From assembly GCA_003280965.1 (NCBI GenBank), contig QCDI01000007.1, forward strand, positions 37,634 through 101,633: a stretch of DNA of 64,000 bases, given 5' to 3'. Both the position numbers and the translations under genes were made by a program. The notes under the pieces are model-generated. The model made no database searches. It saw only the letters and a program-made list of their open reading frames with translations, and had not been told where the DNA came from. Shown one piece after another: positions 53,306 through 64,000 of this stretch (the stretch's first letter is position 1; each line of letters starts with the position of its first letter). This DNA is from Prochlorococcus sp. AG-355-B18 (GTDB taxonomy: Bacteria; Cyanobacteriota; Cyanobacteriia; PCC-6307; Cyanobiaceae).

Positions 53306-53656
53306 TTGGGAAATTATCCAAAATCTATAAATGCTTCTAGTCTCAATGATTGGTTTAATTCTGAGAAAGAAGATCCACTCTTGATTGATGTGAGAGAAAA
53401 TTCAGAGCTTGAAATAGCTCGTTTCTCAAAAGAGTTTTTACATATACCAATTAGTAAAGTTACATCTGAATACGTTGAAGAAATATTTGCTGGTTTATTA
53501 GACAGAGAAATTGTTGTTACATGTCATGCAGGAATAAGGAGTTATAACTTTTGTCAATGGTGCTTAGATAATAATATTGTGAACGAAATATGGAATTTGG
53601 AGGAGGGTATTGATGGATGGAGTAGATATATTGACCCATTAATTCCTAGGTATTGA
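53306..53656 (+). CDS. Rhodanese-domain protein
   Basis: IDVRE, CHAGIRS, GIDGW. Confidence 0.88.
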   Translation: MGNYPKSINASSLNDWFNSEKEDPLLIDVRENSELEIARFSKEFLHIPISKVTSEYVEEIFAGLLDREIVVTCHAGIRSYNFCQWCLDNNIVNEIWNLEEGIDGWSRYIDPLIPRY

Positions 53657-54901
53657 TTAAATATCTAATGAAGATGCAACAGTATTAACATCTTTGTCGC
53701 CTCTCCCTGAGCAATTGATAACTATATGTGTATCTTTTTCAAGAGTAGGGCATAATTTATCTAACCAAGCGAAGGCATGGGAAGTTTCAAGTGCTGGTAT
53801 GATTCCTTCAAGTTCACTAACAAGTCTCAAAGCATCTAAAGCTTCTTGATCTGTGACTGATCCATATTCTGCTCTACCTATATCTTTTAAATGGCTATGT
53901 TCAGGTCCTACACCAGGGTAATCTAAACCTGCACTTATTGAGTGAGCTTCTTGTACTTGACCATTATCATCTTGTAAGAGAAGACTCATTGATCCATGCA
54001 AAATTCCAACTGACCCTTTAGTGATAGTTGCAGCATGTTTGTCAGTATCTACTCCGCTTCCTGCGGCTTCAACTCCAATAAGTCGTACAGAAGTTTCTTT
54101 AACAAAAGGATGGAAAAGGCCCATTGCATTTGATCCCCCACCTACACAAGCGAGCAAAATATCGGGTAAAGATCCAAATGATTCCAAACATTGTTTTTTG
54201 GTTTCTTCTCCTATAACTGCATGAAAATCCCGCACAATTTTTGGGAAAGGGTGTGGGCCGGCAACAGATCCTAAAATGTAGTGTGTGGTTTCGACATTAG
54301 CAACCCAATCTCTAATGGCTTCACTAGTAGCATCTTTAAGTGTTGAAGTTCCAGAATTTACAACTTTAACTTCAGCTCCAAGAAGTTTCATTCTGAAGAC
54401 GTTAAGGGATTGCCTTTTTATGTCTTCAGCACCCATATAGATAATACATTTCAGGCCAAATCTCGCACAAACAGTAGCCGTAGCAACTCCATGTTGACCT
54501 GCTCCAGTTTCTGCAATTATTCTTTTTTTGCCCATTCTTATTGCTAATAAAGCTTGTCCAAGGGCATTATTAATTTTGTGAGCACCAGTATGATTTAAAT
54601 CTTCTCTTTTAAGCCATATTCTTGGAGCTGCTTGTTTAGTTTTGTAATGTTCAGTAAGTCTTTTGGCTTCATAAAGTGGTGTTTCTCTTCCTACGTAAGT
54701 CTTAAGTAGATGATTTAATTCTTTTACAAAAAGTTTATCTTTCCATGCATTAGATGCAGCTTTTTCAAGCTCAAAAAGAGCAGGCATTAGCGTTTCAGGA
54801 ACATATTGACCACCATATTTTCCAAATCTTCCCTCTTTGGAGGGTTGATTTAAATCTTCATTTTTATAATTTTGATCTTTGCGAGAAAATGTACTTACCA
54901 C
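53657..54901 (-). CDS. trpB: Tryptophan synthase beta chain
   Basis: [22 protein letters not shown]. Confidence 0.96.
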   Translation of the reverse strand: MVSTFSRKDQNYKNEDLNQPSKEGRFGKYGGQYVPETLMPALFELEKAASNAWKDKLFVKELNHLLKTYVGRETPLYEAKRLTEHYKTKQAAPRIWLKREDLNHTGAHKINNALGQALLAIRMGKKRIIAETGAGQHGVATATVCARFGLKCIIYMGAEDIKRQSLNVFRMKLLGAEVKVVNSGTSTLKDATSEAIRDWVANVETTHYILGSVAGPHPFPKIVRDFHAVIGEETKKQCLESFGSLPDILLACVGGGSNAMGLFHPFVKETSVRLIGVEAAGSGVDTDKHAATITKGSVGILHGSMSLLLQDDNGQVQEAHSISAGLDYPGVGPEHSHLKDIGRAEYGSVTDQEALDALRLVSELEGIIPALETSHAFAWLDKLCPTLEKDTHIVINCSGRGDKDVNTVASSLDI

Positions 54902-54939
54902 TTTTCTATAGAATAAGTATTAACTAACTATAGGTTATA

Positions 54940-55260
54940 TTGAAAATAATGGGAAAAAAAAATTGGATCGAATTTGATTATCAAGAAAAAATATCAGAAG
55001 AAACAATTAGGGTAAATACTTTTAATAAAGGATCAAAAATAAATATTTCAAAACAAAAAAAAGGTAAAAAGGGCAAAACTATCACTTTAATTAGAGGTTT
55101 AGGAACTGAGGATGAAATCTTATTAAAAGAACTTCTTAAAAAAATTAAAGTTTTCTGTGGTACTGGAGGAACATTAGTAGATAGTAATATCCAGTTACAG
55201 GGCGATATGGTATCGAAATCAATTGAGTTTCTTCGTAAAGAGGGATTTCATAATTTTTGA
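54940..55260 (+). CDS. SUI1/YciH translation factor
   Basis: GKKGKTIT, CGTGGT, LQGD. Confidence 0.85.
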   Translation: MKIMGKKNWIEFDYQEKISEETIRVNTFNKGSKINISKQKKGKKGKTITLIRGLGTEDEILLKELLKKIKVFCGTGGTLVDSNIQLQGDMVSKSIEFLRKEGFHNF

Positions 55261-55301
55261 AGCAAGGGTTAGGATAGGTTTTTAATTTTGATGATGAAAA
55301 A

Positions 55302-55925
55302 ATGAAAGACCAAGATCAAACAAATTCAACCAATATAAAGTGGCACAATTTAACTATTGATAGAGATCAGTTAGAGAAAATGAGAGGTCATAAAGGAATG
55401 GTCATTTGGTTTACTGGTTTATCAGGCTCTGGTAAAAGTACATTGGCCAATGCTTTAAATGAAGTTTTACACTTAGAAGGTTTTTCAACTTACGTTTTGG
55501 ATGGAGATAATATAAGACATGGTTTATGTAAAGATCTTGGGTTTTCGGATCAAGATAGAGAAGAAAATATAAGAAGAATAGGAGAAGTTGCGAATTTATT
55601 TATGAATGCTGGCATAATAACTATTACAGCATTCGTTTCACCATTTATTAGCGATAGAGATAAGGTGAGAAAAATTATTGGATCTAAAGATTTTATTGAA
55701 GTTTATTGTGCTGCAGATATTAAGGTTTGTGAAAACAGGGATACTAAAGGTCTTTATAAGAAAGCTCGTATGGGTGAAATTAAGGATTTTACAGGAATTT
55801 CTAGTCCATATGAAGCCCCCCATAATCCAGAAATTATTGTTGATACAGGTTCGTTAGATTTAAAAGAATCAGTTGAAAAAGTTATAAACTATCTCAAAGA
55901 AGAAAATTTTCTTAAAAAGAGTTAA
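55302..55925 (+). CDS. cysC: Adenylylsulfate kinase
   Basis: GLSGSGKST, LDGDNIR, FTGISSPYE. Confidence 0.95.
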   Translation: MKDQDQTNSTNIKWHNLTIDRDQLEKMRGHKGMVIWFTGLSGSGKSTLANALNEVLHLEGFSTYVLDGDNIRHGLCKDLGFSDQDREENIRRIGEVANLFMNAGIITITAFVSPFISDRDKVRKIIGSKDFIEVYCAADIKVCENRDTKGLYKKARMGEIKDFTGISSPYEAPHNPEIIVDTGSLDLKESVEKVINYLKEENFLKKS

Positions 55926-55939
55926 TAGAAAATAATGTT

Positions 55940-56476
55940 TCATTTACTTTGAAGATAATTTTCAGCTCCAATAGTTGATAACTTATTATTTTTAGTTCTT
56001 ACCTGTTTATGAAGATTTTCTCTAAATTTTTTTAAATTGTCTTTCATAGATTCATCAAATAAACTGATCATCCCAATTGCTAATAATCCAGCATTTTGTG
56101 CTCCATTGATTGCAACTGTTGCTACAGGTATCCCTGCCGGCATTTGAACAATTGATAAAAGAGAGTCAATACCCTTAAGTGTCTTACTCTCTACTGGTAC
56201 TCCAATTACAGGAATGCAAGTTATCGATGCTAGCATTCCTGGAAGATGAGCAGCACCACCAGCACCTGCAATTATTACTTTTATATTTTCTGATTCTGCA
56301 TTTTTTGCATATTCCATCATTTCAATGGGAGTTCGATGTGCAGAAAGTATACAAACTTCAGTTTTTATTCCAAATTCTTTTAAAATATCAATAGCAGGTT
56401 TCAATGTTTTTAGATCTGAATCACTCCCCATTACGACAGCGATTTTATAAATATCTTTAGAATTCAATTCTGACAA
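55940..56476 (-). CDS. purE: N5-CAIR mutase
   Basis: MGSDSD, SAHRTP, AAHLPG. Confidence 0.95.
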   Translation of the reverse strand: MSELNSKDIYKIAVVMGSDSDLKTLKPAIDILKEFGIKTEVCILSAHRTPIEMMEYAKNAESENIKVIIAGAGGAAHLPGMLASITCIPVIGVPVESKTLKGIDSLLSIVQMPAGIPVATVAINGAQNAGLLAIGMISLFDESMKDNLKKFRENLHKQVRTKNNKLSTIGAENYLQSK

Positions 56477-56565
56477 AATAACAAATCAATTCTTTCCTAT
56501 AATGACGTGCAATTAATTTGGCGCCAGTTAGTTAGTATAAAAAGTAGAAATTTTCAAAGAATATT

Positions 56566-57267
56566 ATGACTTCAAATAAGACTATCGAAAAAAGTGAAGT
56601 TCGAGAATATTTTAATGGTACTGGCTTTGAAAGATGGAATAAAATTTATAGCAAGTCTGATGAAATTAATACAGTTCAGAAAAACATTAGGAAAGGACAT
56701 CAAAAAACTGTAGATGATGTAGTCTTATATATCAAAAATTATCCTGAACTAACAAAAAAAAGTTATTGTGATGCAGGATGTGGTGTTGGCAGTCTATCAA
56801 TACCATTACTTAGACTAGGAATACAAGAATTACAGGTAAGCGATATTTCTTCTGAAATGATTAAAGAAACAAAGAAACGTATTAATGATTTAGGTTTGAA
56901 TCAAGGTAAAGTCAAATACGAAGTCTGTGATTTGGAAAAATTAAAAGGGTTATTTGACGTTGTAGTTTGTTTGGATGTTTTTATACATTATCCTCAACCG
57001 GTTGCAGAGGAAATGGTCCAACATCTATGTGACTTAAGCAAAGAAAAACTTATCGTAAGCTTTGCTCCATATACTCCAGTTCTTGCTGTTCTAAAAAATA
57101 TTGGGAAATTATTTCCTGGGCCAAGTAAAACTACTAGAGCCTATACATTGAAAGAGAAGGGAATTATTAATGCTGCTAAAGAAAAAGGATTTAACGTTGT
57201 TCAAAAAAAATTAAATCAAGCTCCGTTTTATTTTTCAAAACTAATTGAATTCGAAAAAATTAAATAA
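56566..57267 (+). CDS. chlM: Mg-protoporphyrin IX methyltransferase
   Basis: YFNGTGFERW, DAGCGVG, LDVFIHYP. Confidence 0.93.
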   Translation: MTSNKTIEKSEVREYFNGTGFERWNKIYSKSDEINTVQKNIRKGHQKTVDDVVLYIKNYPELTKKSYCDAGCGVGSLSIPLLRLGIQELQVSDISSEMIKETKKRINDLGLNQGKVKYEVCDLEKLKGLFDVVVCLDVFIHYPQPVAEEMVQHLCDLSKEKLIVSFAPYTPVLAVLKNIGKLFPGPSKTTRAYTLKEKGIINAAKEKGFNVVQKKLNQAPFYFSKLIEFEKIK

Positions 57268-57268
57268 T

Positions 57269-57997
57269 TCATTTTACTAAATGATTTTCAAGTGCATAAC
57301 GGACTAATTCAGTTCGACTAGATGTACCTGTCTTGATAAAAAGTCTACTTACATATTTTTCAACATTTCTAATGGATGTTTCAAGCTGTCTTGCAATTTC
57401 CTTGTTCATCAGTCCCTCTGCTACCAGTTGAAGTACACTTGCTTCTCTTGGCGTAAAACTAGGAAGATTTATCTTACTTTCTGAATTAGTCGGATTTTGG
57501 TCTGTGAGCATAGATTTTATTTCAGTAATTTGCTTCGCCATTTTGCTTACATCAATATCTGCGAATCTTGCTGCTTCCTTAAGTAAACGTTCTTGTCTAT
57601 TAATTACATTTTTAACTCTTGCAGCTAATTCATCGGGGTCGAAAGGTTTGGAAATATAATCATCAACTCCTGCAAGATAACCTTCTGTTCTGTCTAAGGT
57701 CATTCCTTTTGCAGTTAGAAAAATAACTGGAGTTCCTCCTAATTTTTCATCCGCTCTTATTTTTTCTAATAATGCATAACCGTTAGCTCGGGGCATCATA
57801 ATATCACTAATTATCAAATCGGGAAAAATTGTTTGAGCTTTTTCCCAACCATCTTCTCCATCTACAGCAATAAATATTTCAAAGCCTTCATCTTCTAGAA
57901 ATGTTTTAACAGCTGTTCTTAAACCAGGCTCATCATCAACTAATAAAATTCTTGACTTTCTTACTGGTTCATTATTTATTTGATTAATTTCATTCAT
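57269..57997 (-). CDS. NarL/LuxR response regulator (Ycf29-like)
   Basis: Receiver domain plus LuxR HTH (RNVEKYVSRL). Confidence 0.88.
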   Translation of the reverse strand: MNEINQINNEPVRKSRILLVDDEPGLRTAVKTFLEDEGFEIFIAVDGEDGWEKAQTIFPDLIISDIMMPRANGYALLEKIRADEKLGGTPVIFLTAKGMTLDRTEGYLAGVDDYISKPFDPDELAARVKNVINRQERLLKEAARFADIDVSKMAKQITEIKSMLTDQNPTNSESKINLPSFTPREASVLQLVAEGLMNKEIARQLETSIRNVEKYVSRLFIKTGTSSRTELVRYALENHLVK

Positions 57998-58056
57998 TTT
58001 TTAAATTCTTGAATTTGATTTTCTAGTAATAATGAGAATTTTATATACTAAATACA

Positions 58057-59202
58057 ATGCTATCAACTCCTATTCTACTAGACTATCAATCTTCAACTCC
58101 TTGTTCTAAGGATGTTGTTGATTCTATGAAGCCTTTTTGGAGTGAGATATTTTCTAATCCTTCAAACAAATCTAATTTGGCGGGTATCAATGCAAGCGCT
58201 ATATTGGAAGCCTCAAGAGAAAAAATAGAACAAAATTTATTTCTTAAGAATAAAAAGGTTATTTTTACTAGTGGGGCAACAGAATCTAATAATCTAGCTT
58301 TATTAGGTTTTGCAAGAAATTACTACAAAAAAACAGGGAATTATGGACATATTATTACCTTAAAAACGGAGCATAAAGCTGTACTGGAGCCCCTACACCA
58401 ATTAAAAAAAGAGGGATTTATGGTTACAGAAATTACTCCGGAAAGAGATGGCATAATTTCAGAAGAACAGTTCAGAAAGAATATTAAAGAAGATACATTT
58501 TTGGTTAGTGTCATGATGGCAAATAACGAAATAGGGGTTATTCAGCCTATAGAAAATATTTCAAAGATATGTAAATTGAGAGGAATAACTTTTCACTCTG
58601 ATTTTGCGCAATGTTTAGGTTATGTCGAGTTAGAAAATCTTCTATCAGTTGTAAATATGATAACGATGAGTTCTCATAAAATTTATGGTCCCAAGGGGAT
58701 AGGACTTCTTTTGATTGATCAAGATATTACTCTTGAGCCTTTAATTGTTGGAGGAGGGCAGGAATATGGTCTGAGATCTGGTACCTTACCTCTCCCTCTA
58801 GTAGTTGGCTTTGCTAAAGCAATAGAGATGGCAGTTTTTAATCAAAAAAATAACGCTGAGAAATTACTTTTGTGTAGAAATAACCTTTTAAAAGGTTTGT
58901 TAGAAAATAATTCTGGTTTATTAATTAATGGCTCGATTAAACAAAGATTACCTCAAAATTTAAATCTGACTATATTGGATTTAAACGGAGCAAAGTTTCA
59001 TAAACTTTTAAAATCTAAAATAATTTGTTCTAGTGGATCAGCATGCAGTAATGGTGAACCATCTCATGTTTTACTAGCCTTAGGTAGATCTTTTAAAGAA
59101 GCAGAATCTTCAATAAGGTTAAGTATTGGATTAAGCACTAATTCAAAAGATATAGAACAAGCAATTCATATTCTTACAAATACCATCAAATTATTACGTT
59201 AG
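58057..59202 (+). CDS. Cysteine desulfurase (IscS/NifS family)
   Basis: SGATESNN, SSHKIYGPKG, SSGSAC. Confidence 0.9.
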   Translation: MLSTPILLDYQSSTPCSKDVVDSMKPFWSEIFSNPSNKSNLAGINASAILEASREKIEQNLFLKNKKVIFTSGATESNNLALLGFARNYYKKTGNYGHIITLKTEHKAVLEPLHQLKKEGFMVTEITPERDGIISEEQFRKNIKEDTFLVSVMMANNEIGVIQPIENISKICKLRGITFHSDFAQCLGYVELENLLSVVNMITMSSHKIYGPKGIGLLLIDQDITLEPLIVGGGQEYGLRSGTLPLPLVVGFAKAIEMAVFNQKNNAEKLLLCRNNLLKGLLENNSGLLINGSIKQRLPQNLNLTILDLNGAKFHKLLKSKIICSSGSACSNGEPSHVLLALGRSFKEAESSIRLSIGLSTNSKDIEQAIHILTNTIKLLR

Positions 59203-59234
59203 AAATTATTTGCTCTTGAAGATGTATTGTCTCC

Positions 59235-60137
59235 TTAATTTAATTGTGCAATTCTTAATTTTCCACTTCTAGCTCTTTTATTTTTTTCGACTTCTTGTTC
59301 GGAGGGTGTTATTGGTTTTTTTGTCAGGTTTTTTAGTCTTTGATCATTCTTAAAATAACTTTTAACTAACCTATCTTCCAGGGAATGAAAACTAATAATA
59401 GAAATAATTCCACCAGGCAGAAGCCATTCCGGGATAACTTGCAAAAATTTTTCTAATACTTCAATTTCTTTATTAACGGCAATTCTTAGTGCTTGAAATG
59501 TTCTTGTTGCTGGATGTATTTTTTTATATCTTTGTTTTGGTGGGAAGCAGCCCGCAATAGAATAGGCTAACTCTTTTGTCCCAGAATATTTACCATTTTC
59601 CTTTAAATCCATTTTTATTTTCCTAGCAATCTTTCTTGATAATCTCTCATCTCCATATTTGTAAATTATATTAGCTAAATCTTTTTCACTTAAATTCTCA
59701 ATTAGTTTCTCTGCATCAACCTCAAGAAAAGGATTCATGCGCATATCAAGTGGACCATCTTTTTGGAAACTAAATCCTCTTTTTGGGTCATCAATTTGGT
59801 TACTATTTACTCCAAGATCTGCAATCACAAAAGAAACTTTTTCTTTTGGTACAAAATCCGCAAAATTTGAAGCCTTTATATCAATCCTATTTTTAAATTC
59901 ATCAAGTTTTTCTGATGCTGATTTTCTTGCGAATGGATCTTGATCAAGTCCAATTATATTTAAATCCGAATATTTTCTCAATAAGTGATAAGAGTGCCCA
60001 CCTCCGCCTAAAGTTGCGTCTATTCCTTTAAGTTGGTTGTTCTGTATTAATGGGTAATGCTCTAATGAGGACATAATCTCATCTGTCATAACTGATTTAT
60101 GATTGAAAAAAGATGAATCAGATAGGTCAGTTTGCAT
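59235..60137 (-). CDS. rsmH: 16S rRNA m4C1402 methyltransferase
   Basis: DATLGGGGHS, LDMRM, TFQALRIAVN. Confidence 0.95.
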   Translation of the reverse strand: MQTDLSDSSFFNHKSVMTDEIMSSLEHYPLIQNNQLKGIDATLGGGGHSYHLLRKYSDLNIIGLDQDPFARKSASEKLDEFKNRIDIKASNFADFVPKEKVSFVIADLGVNSNQIDDPKRGFSFQKDGPLDMRMNPFLEVDAEKLIENLSEKDLANIIYKYGDERLSRKIARKIKMDLKENGKYSGTKELAYSIAGCFPPKQRYKKIHPATRTFQALRIAVNKEIEVLEKFLQVIPEWLLPGGIISIISFHSLEDRLVKSYFKNDQRLKNLTKKPITPSEQEVEKNKRARSGKLRIAQLN

Positions 60138-60175
60138 AACTTTCGACTAAGATTTGTTTAGAAGTTAAATTTTGA

Positions 60176-61363
60176 ATGGCTCAGCTAGAGACTAGAACAG
60201 AACCAATGGTGGTCAATTTTGGCCCTCACCATCCCTCAATGCATGGAGTTTTAAGGTTAGTTGTAACTCTTGATGGTGAAAATGTCATTGATTGTGAGCC
60301 TGTAATTGGATATTTACATAGAGGAATGGAAAAGATAGCTGAAAATAGGACAAATGTAATGTATGTCCCTTATGTAAGCAGAATGGATTATGCAGCAGGA
60401 ATGTTTTATGAAGCTATTGTAGTAAATGCTCCTGAAAGATTAGCTAATATTCCAGTTCCTAAAAGAGCTAGCTACATAAGAGTTCTTATGCTGGAACTTA
60501 ATCGTATTGCTAATCATCTTTTATGGCTTGGCCCCTTTTTAGCAGATGTTGGAGCTCAAACTCCATTTTTCTATATTTTTAGAGAAAGAGAAATGATTTA
60601 TGATCTTTGGGAAGCGGCTACTGGACAAAGGCTCATAAATAATAATTTCTTTAGGATTGGTGGTGTCGCATGTGATCTTCCATACGGATGGTTAGAAAAA
60701 TGTATAGACTTTTGCGATTGGTTCGGTCCTAAGATAGATGAATACGAAAAATTAATCACAAATAATCCAATTTTTAGAAAAAGAATTGAAGGTCTCGGAA
60801 CAATACAAAGAGACCAGGCAATTAATTGGTCTTTGTCTGGCCCAATGCTTAGAGCTTCAGGAGTTTCTTGGGATTTAAGGAAAGTCGATAGTTATGAATG
60901 TTATGACGATTTTGATTGGCAGATTGCTTCAGAAAAAGAAGGAGATTGTTATGCGAGATATCGAGTAAGAGTTGAAGAGATGAGACAATCACTAAGCATC
61001 ATTCGCCAAGCATGCAAAATGATTCCAGGAGGTCCAACAGAAAATTTAGAAGCTCAAAGAATGGCGACTGAAGATAAGAAAAGTGAAATATTTGGTATTG
61101 ACTATCAATATGTAGCTAAGAAGGTTGCTCCAACTTTTAAAATTCCCAACGGAGAATTGTATACAAGATTAGAGTCCGGTAAAGGAGAAATAGGTGTATT
61201 TATTCAAGGAAATAATGATGTTACCCCATGGAGATTTAAAATTAGAGCAGCTGATTTAAATAATCTACAAATATTGCCGCATATTCTTAAAGGTGCCAAA
61301 ATTGCTGATATTATGGCAATCCTAGGCTCAATAGATGTCATTATGGGATCTGTTGATAGATAA
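60176..61363 (+). CDS. ndhH: NDH-1 subunit H
   Basis: [24 protein letters not shown]. Confidence 0.96.
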   Translation: MAQLETRTEPMVVNFGPHHPSMHGVLRLVVTLDGENVIDCEPVIGYLHRGMEKIAENRTNVMYVPYVSRMDYAAGMFYEAIVVNAPERLANIPVPKRASYIRVLMLELNRIANHLLWLGPFLADVGAQTPFFYIFREREMIYDLWEAATGQRLINNNFFRIGGVACDLPYGWLEKCIDFCDWFGPKIDEYEKLITNNPIFRKRIEGLGTIQRDQAINWSLSGPMLRASGVSWDLRKVDSYECYDDFDWQIASEKEGDCYARYRVRVEEMRQSLSIIRQACKMIPGGPTENLEAQRMATEDKKSEIFGIDYQYVAKKVAPTFKIPNGELYTRLESGKGEIGVFIQGNNDVTPWRFKIRAADLNNLQILPHILKGAKIADIMAILGSIDVIMGSVDR

Positions 61364-61825
<462 letters not shown>

Positions 61826-61828
61826 TTA

Positions 61829-63031
61829 TTATTTTTTAAATTTATAGTTTATTTTTTCTGTACTGGTATTTTTGTTTTTAACAATCCACTTTTCAGGTTT
61901 TTCATGTTTAGGCCAGCTTTGAGAAAATTTTTTTAATAAATTTAATGAATTTTCAATATTTTTATGATTTGAAAGTTCTCTAAATTCAACAACTATTTTA
62001 ATTTTATTTTCCCATAATTTGTCGGATACTTTTGAAATATGGAATTTATAAATAGGGATATTTTCTTTCACAATGAAATCATTTAATCGAGATTCAATTA
62101 CATCTGGGAAAACGATTTCTCCTCCTGAATTAAAAGCGTTATCACTCCTTCCAAGAAAGTTTAAATATAAAGAATTATTGATTAGATTAATTTCACCTAA
62201 ATCACCGGTTTGCCACCACCCATTTTTATTTTTGAAATTTTCAGTTTTTGAAGAGTCTATTATTTCGATTCCAATTCTGGCTGATTTTATCTCGATTAAT
62301 CCTTGCGCGTTAATTCTGATTTTTGTATCAGGTAGTATTTCTCCAACATTTTTAAAACCCATTAAGAATTCTTTTGGCTTTAAACTTGTAACCATTGCTG
62401 CTGTTTCAGTTGAGCCGTAACAAGGTGCTAATTTTACCTTTTCTTCTATGCATTGTTCTGCAGTTTCTCTTGAAATTGAAGCTCCACCTACCCAAATTAG
62501 ATCAAAAATTTGTAGCCAACTAATACCATCTTTTTGAGCTAAAAGTCTTTGTAATTGGGCAGGTACTAATGATGTAATCAAGTGTTTTTTGTTTTTTTTA
62601 GATTTAATTGTAAAAAGTAAAAGTTCTCGAGTATTTTTTATTAAATTCGGAGAAATATTAATACAATCACATCCCCAAGTTTGACTTCTAAAAATTGGCA
62701 TTAATCCACTTATATGGTTCAGGGGTAAAGTATTAAAAATAAGGCATTTTTGCAATTCAAATCCTTGCTCTATTAGCCATTTTCCTGATGTAATAGCAGA
62801 TAATTTAAGATTATCTAAATGGTGAAAACATTGTCTTGGTTTTCCAGAACTTCCACTACTGTTTAAGATAATTGCTGGCCCATTTTCAGTAATTGAATCT
62901 AATACATCTTCATCTTCATAAAATTTGTTTTTTACATAAATAATTTTATTCTCTCTAATTTTTTCAGTAATTTTGTTTACAGATTGAGTTTCATTATTTT
63001 CAACTTCAATAGTATGAATTTTATTTTTCAT
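61829..63031 (-). CDS. menE: O-succinylbenzoate-CoA ligase
   Basis: SSGSSGKP, YGSTET, TGDLG; ATGA overlap with menC. Confidence 0.82.
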   Translation of the reverse strand: MKNKIHTIEVENNETQSVNKITEKIRENKIIYVKNKFYEDEDVLDSITENGPAIILNSSGSSGKPRQCFHHLDNLKLSAITSGKWLIEQGFELQKCLIFNTLPLNHISGLMPIFRSQTWGCDCINISPNLIKNTRELLLFTIKSKKNKKHLITSLVPAQLQRLLAQKDGISWLQIFDLIWVGGASISRETAEQCIEEKVKLAPCYGSTETAAMVTSLKPKEFLMGFKNVGEILPDTKIRINAQGLIEIKSARIGIEIIDSSKTENFKNKNGWWQTGDLGEINLINNSLYLNFLGRSDNAFNSGGEIVFPDVIESRLNDFIVKENIPIYKFHISKVSDKLWENKIKIVVEFRELSNHKNIENSLNLLKKFSQSWPKHEKPEKWIVKNKNTSTEKINYKFKK

Positions 63032-63993
63032 AGTTGATCCCATATCTTTTTGGCTTCATTTAAAAATAGGAACGAATTAGGAAATTTATTCATTGCTAAA
63101 CCAGGAACTTTCGGAGTTGGTCCTTGTAATTGTAGAGAAGATAAATGATAAAGCCATCTCTTCCCTATTCCAGTTTCAAATGAGGAACTTATAGATATTA
63201 AAGCTTTTTTATTTTCTAATTCTCTTAAAAGCTTTATTGGATTATTTTCTTGAGAAGGCCTTCGAATTTGCCAACCCTTCCACTCATCAATCAAAGTTGG
63301 AAATTTTAAAAGTGATTCGTCTAAGGCTATTGGGATTTTTTTGTTGAGTTCTTTATGTCCTTCAATATCATCAACACAGAGAGGTTGTTCTAACCAATCT
63401 AAATTTTTGTTATCTTTCAAAATATCAGCCCATCTATTAGCTATCTTTCTCCCCCAAGAACCATTAGCATCTATTCTTAACTTAATATTATTGCCTATTT
63501 GGCTTAAAATTTCTTCTAAATTTGCTTCTTCCTGATGGTTATTTTTTAATGCTACTTTCCATTTTATGGTTACTGATTTTCCAATATTAGATTGTCTTTT
63601 TTTGATTTCATTTAGCTCTGAAATTACATTTTCAGAATTTAAAAGTATGGCTGTTTTATCAATTTCATCAAAGTAATAGTTTTCTTTAAAAATTATTTTT
63701 CCATTTATCTCAGCTAATGCAGAATTTATTGCAGATTGAATGCATGGGTGAAAAATATTTATTTGCTCAGATAAATTAAATACTTCTACATTCTCAGGGA
63801 TCATATTTAATTGTTTTGCACATTTTTTAAAGTCTTCTTCTAGAAGTGGTGAAACTTCTCCAAACCCAATTTTTTTATCATTAATTGATAATTTAATTAT
63901 CCAGCCCAATTTTGTAAGGTAAGTAGTTTTAGAATTTTCTACTTTTGTGGATAACTTAAAGCTATAAGATTTTTTTTTAAATATTAAGTTCAT
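63028..63993 (-). CDS. menC: O-succinylbenzoate synthase
   Basis: KWKV, RIDANG, EQP, ALDESL. Confidence 0.85.
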   Translation of the reverse strand: MNLIFKKKSYSFKLSTKVENSKTTYLTKLGWIIKLSINDKKIGFGEVSPLLEEDFKKCAKQLNMIPENVEVFNLSEQINIFHPCIQSAINSALAEINGKIIFKENYYFDEIDKTAILLNSENVISELNEIKKRQSNIGKSVTIKWKVALKNNHQEEANLEEILSQIGNNIKLRIDANGSWGRKIANRWADILKDNKNLDWLEQPLCVDDIEGHKELNKKIPIALDESLLKFPTLIDEWKGWQIRRPSQENNPIKLLRELENKKALISISSSFETGIGKRWLYHLSSLQLQGPTPKVPGLAMNKFPNSFLFLNEAKKIWDQL

Positions 63994-64000
63994 TTATTAA

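Overview
AT-rich marine picocyanobacterial chromosome segment. Gene order and content look like high-light Prochlorococcus (inferred from gene content, not from a search). About 50 kb is core genome: cysK, rpaA, holB-tmk, ycf3, radA, rpaB-plsX-fabH-fabD-plsC, crtB/pds, ndh genes, gltA, trpB, cysC, purE, chlM, rsmH, menE/menC. The accessory part is a ~13.0 kb element integrated at the 3' end of tRNA-Asn(GTT). It is bounded by a 13-bp direct repeat (5317-5329 / 18360-18372), has TGGTCGTGA arm-type repeats at both ends, and has an AlpA-like excisionase plus P4-like tyrosine integrase at the tRNA-distal end. It resembles a tycheposon/PICI-like element but has no recognisable capsid, terminase or primase. 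Cargo: a small serine resolvase operon with res-like repeats; a LexA-box gene; a divergent pair of candidate modification-dependent nucleases (membrane-anchored Mrr; GIY-YIG/T5orf172 with RAMA-like tail); and a translationally coupled three-gene operon (membrane-anchored helical protein, helicase N-terminal-like protein, UPF1/DNA2-like SF1 helicase with Vsr/DUF559 nuclease) behind a 9-bp inverted repeat. This operon is the best candidate for an undescribed anti-phage system. Non-coding signals include two perfect TTGACA-17-TATAAT promoters sharing a 24-nt leader hairpin, a ~200-nt multi-hairpin region beside two small RHH-like genes, and a gene bracketed by a synonymous-variant duplication of its neighbour's 3' end. 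All protein family calls are by motif recognition only.
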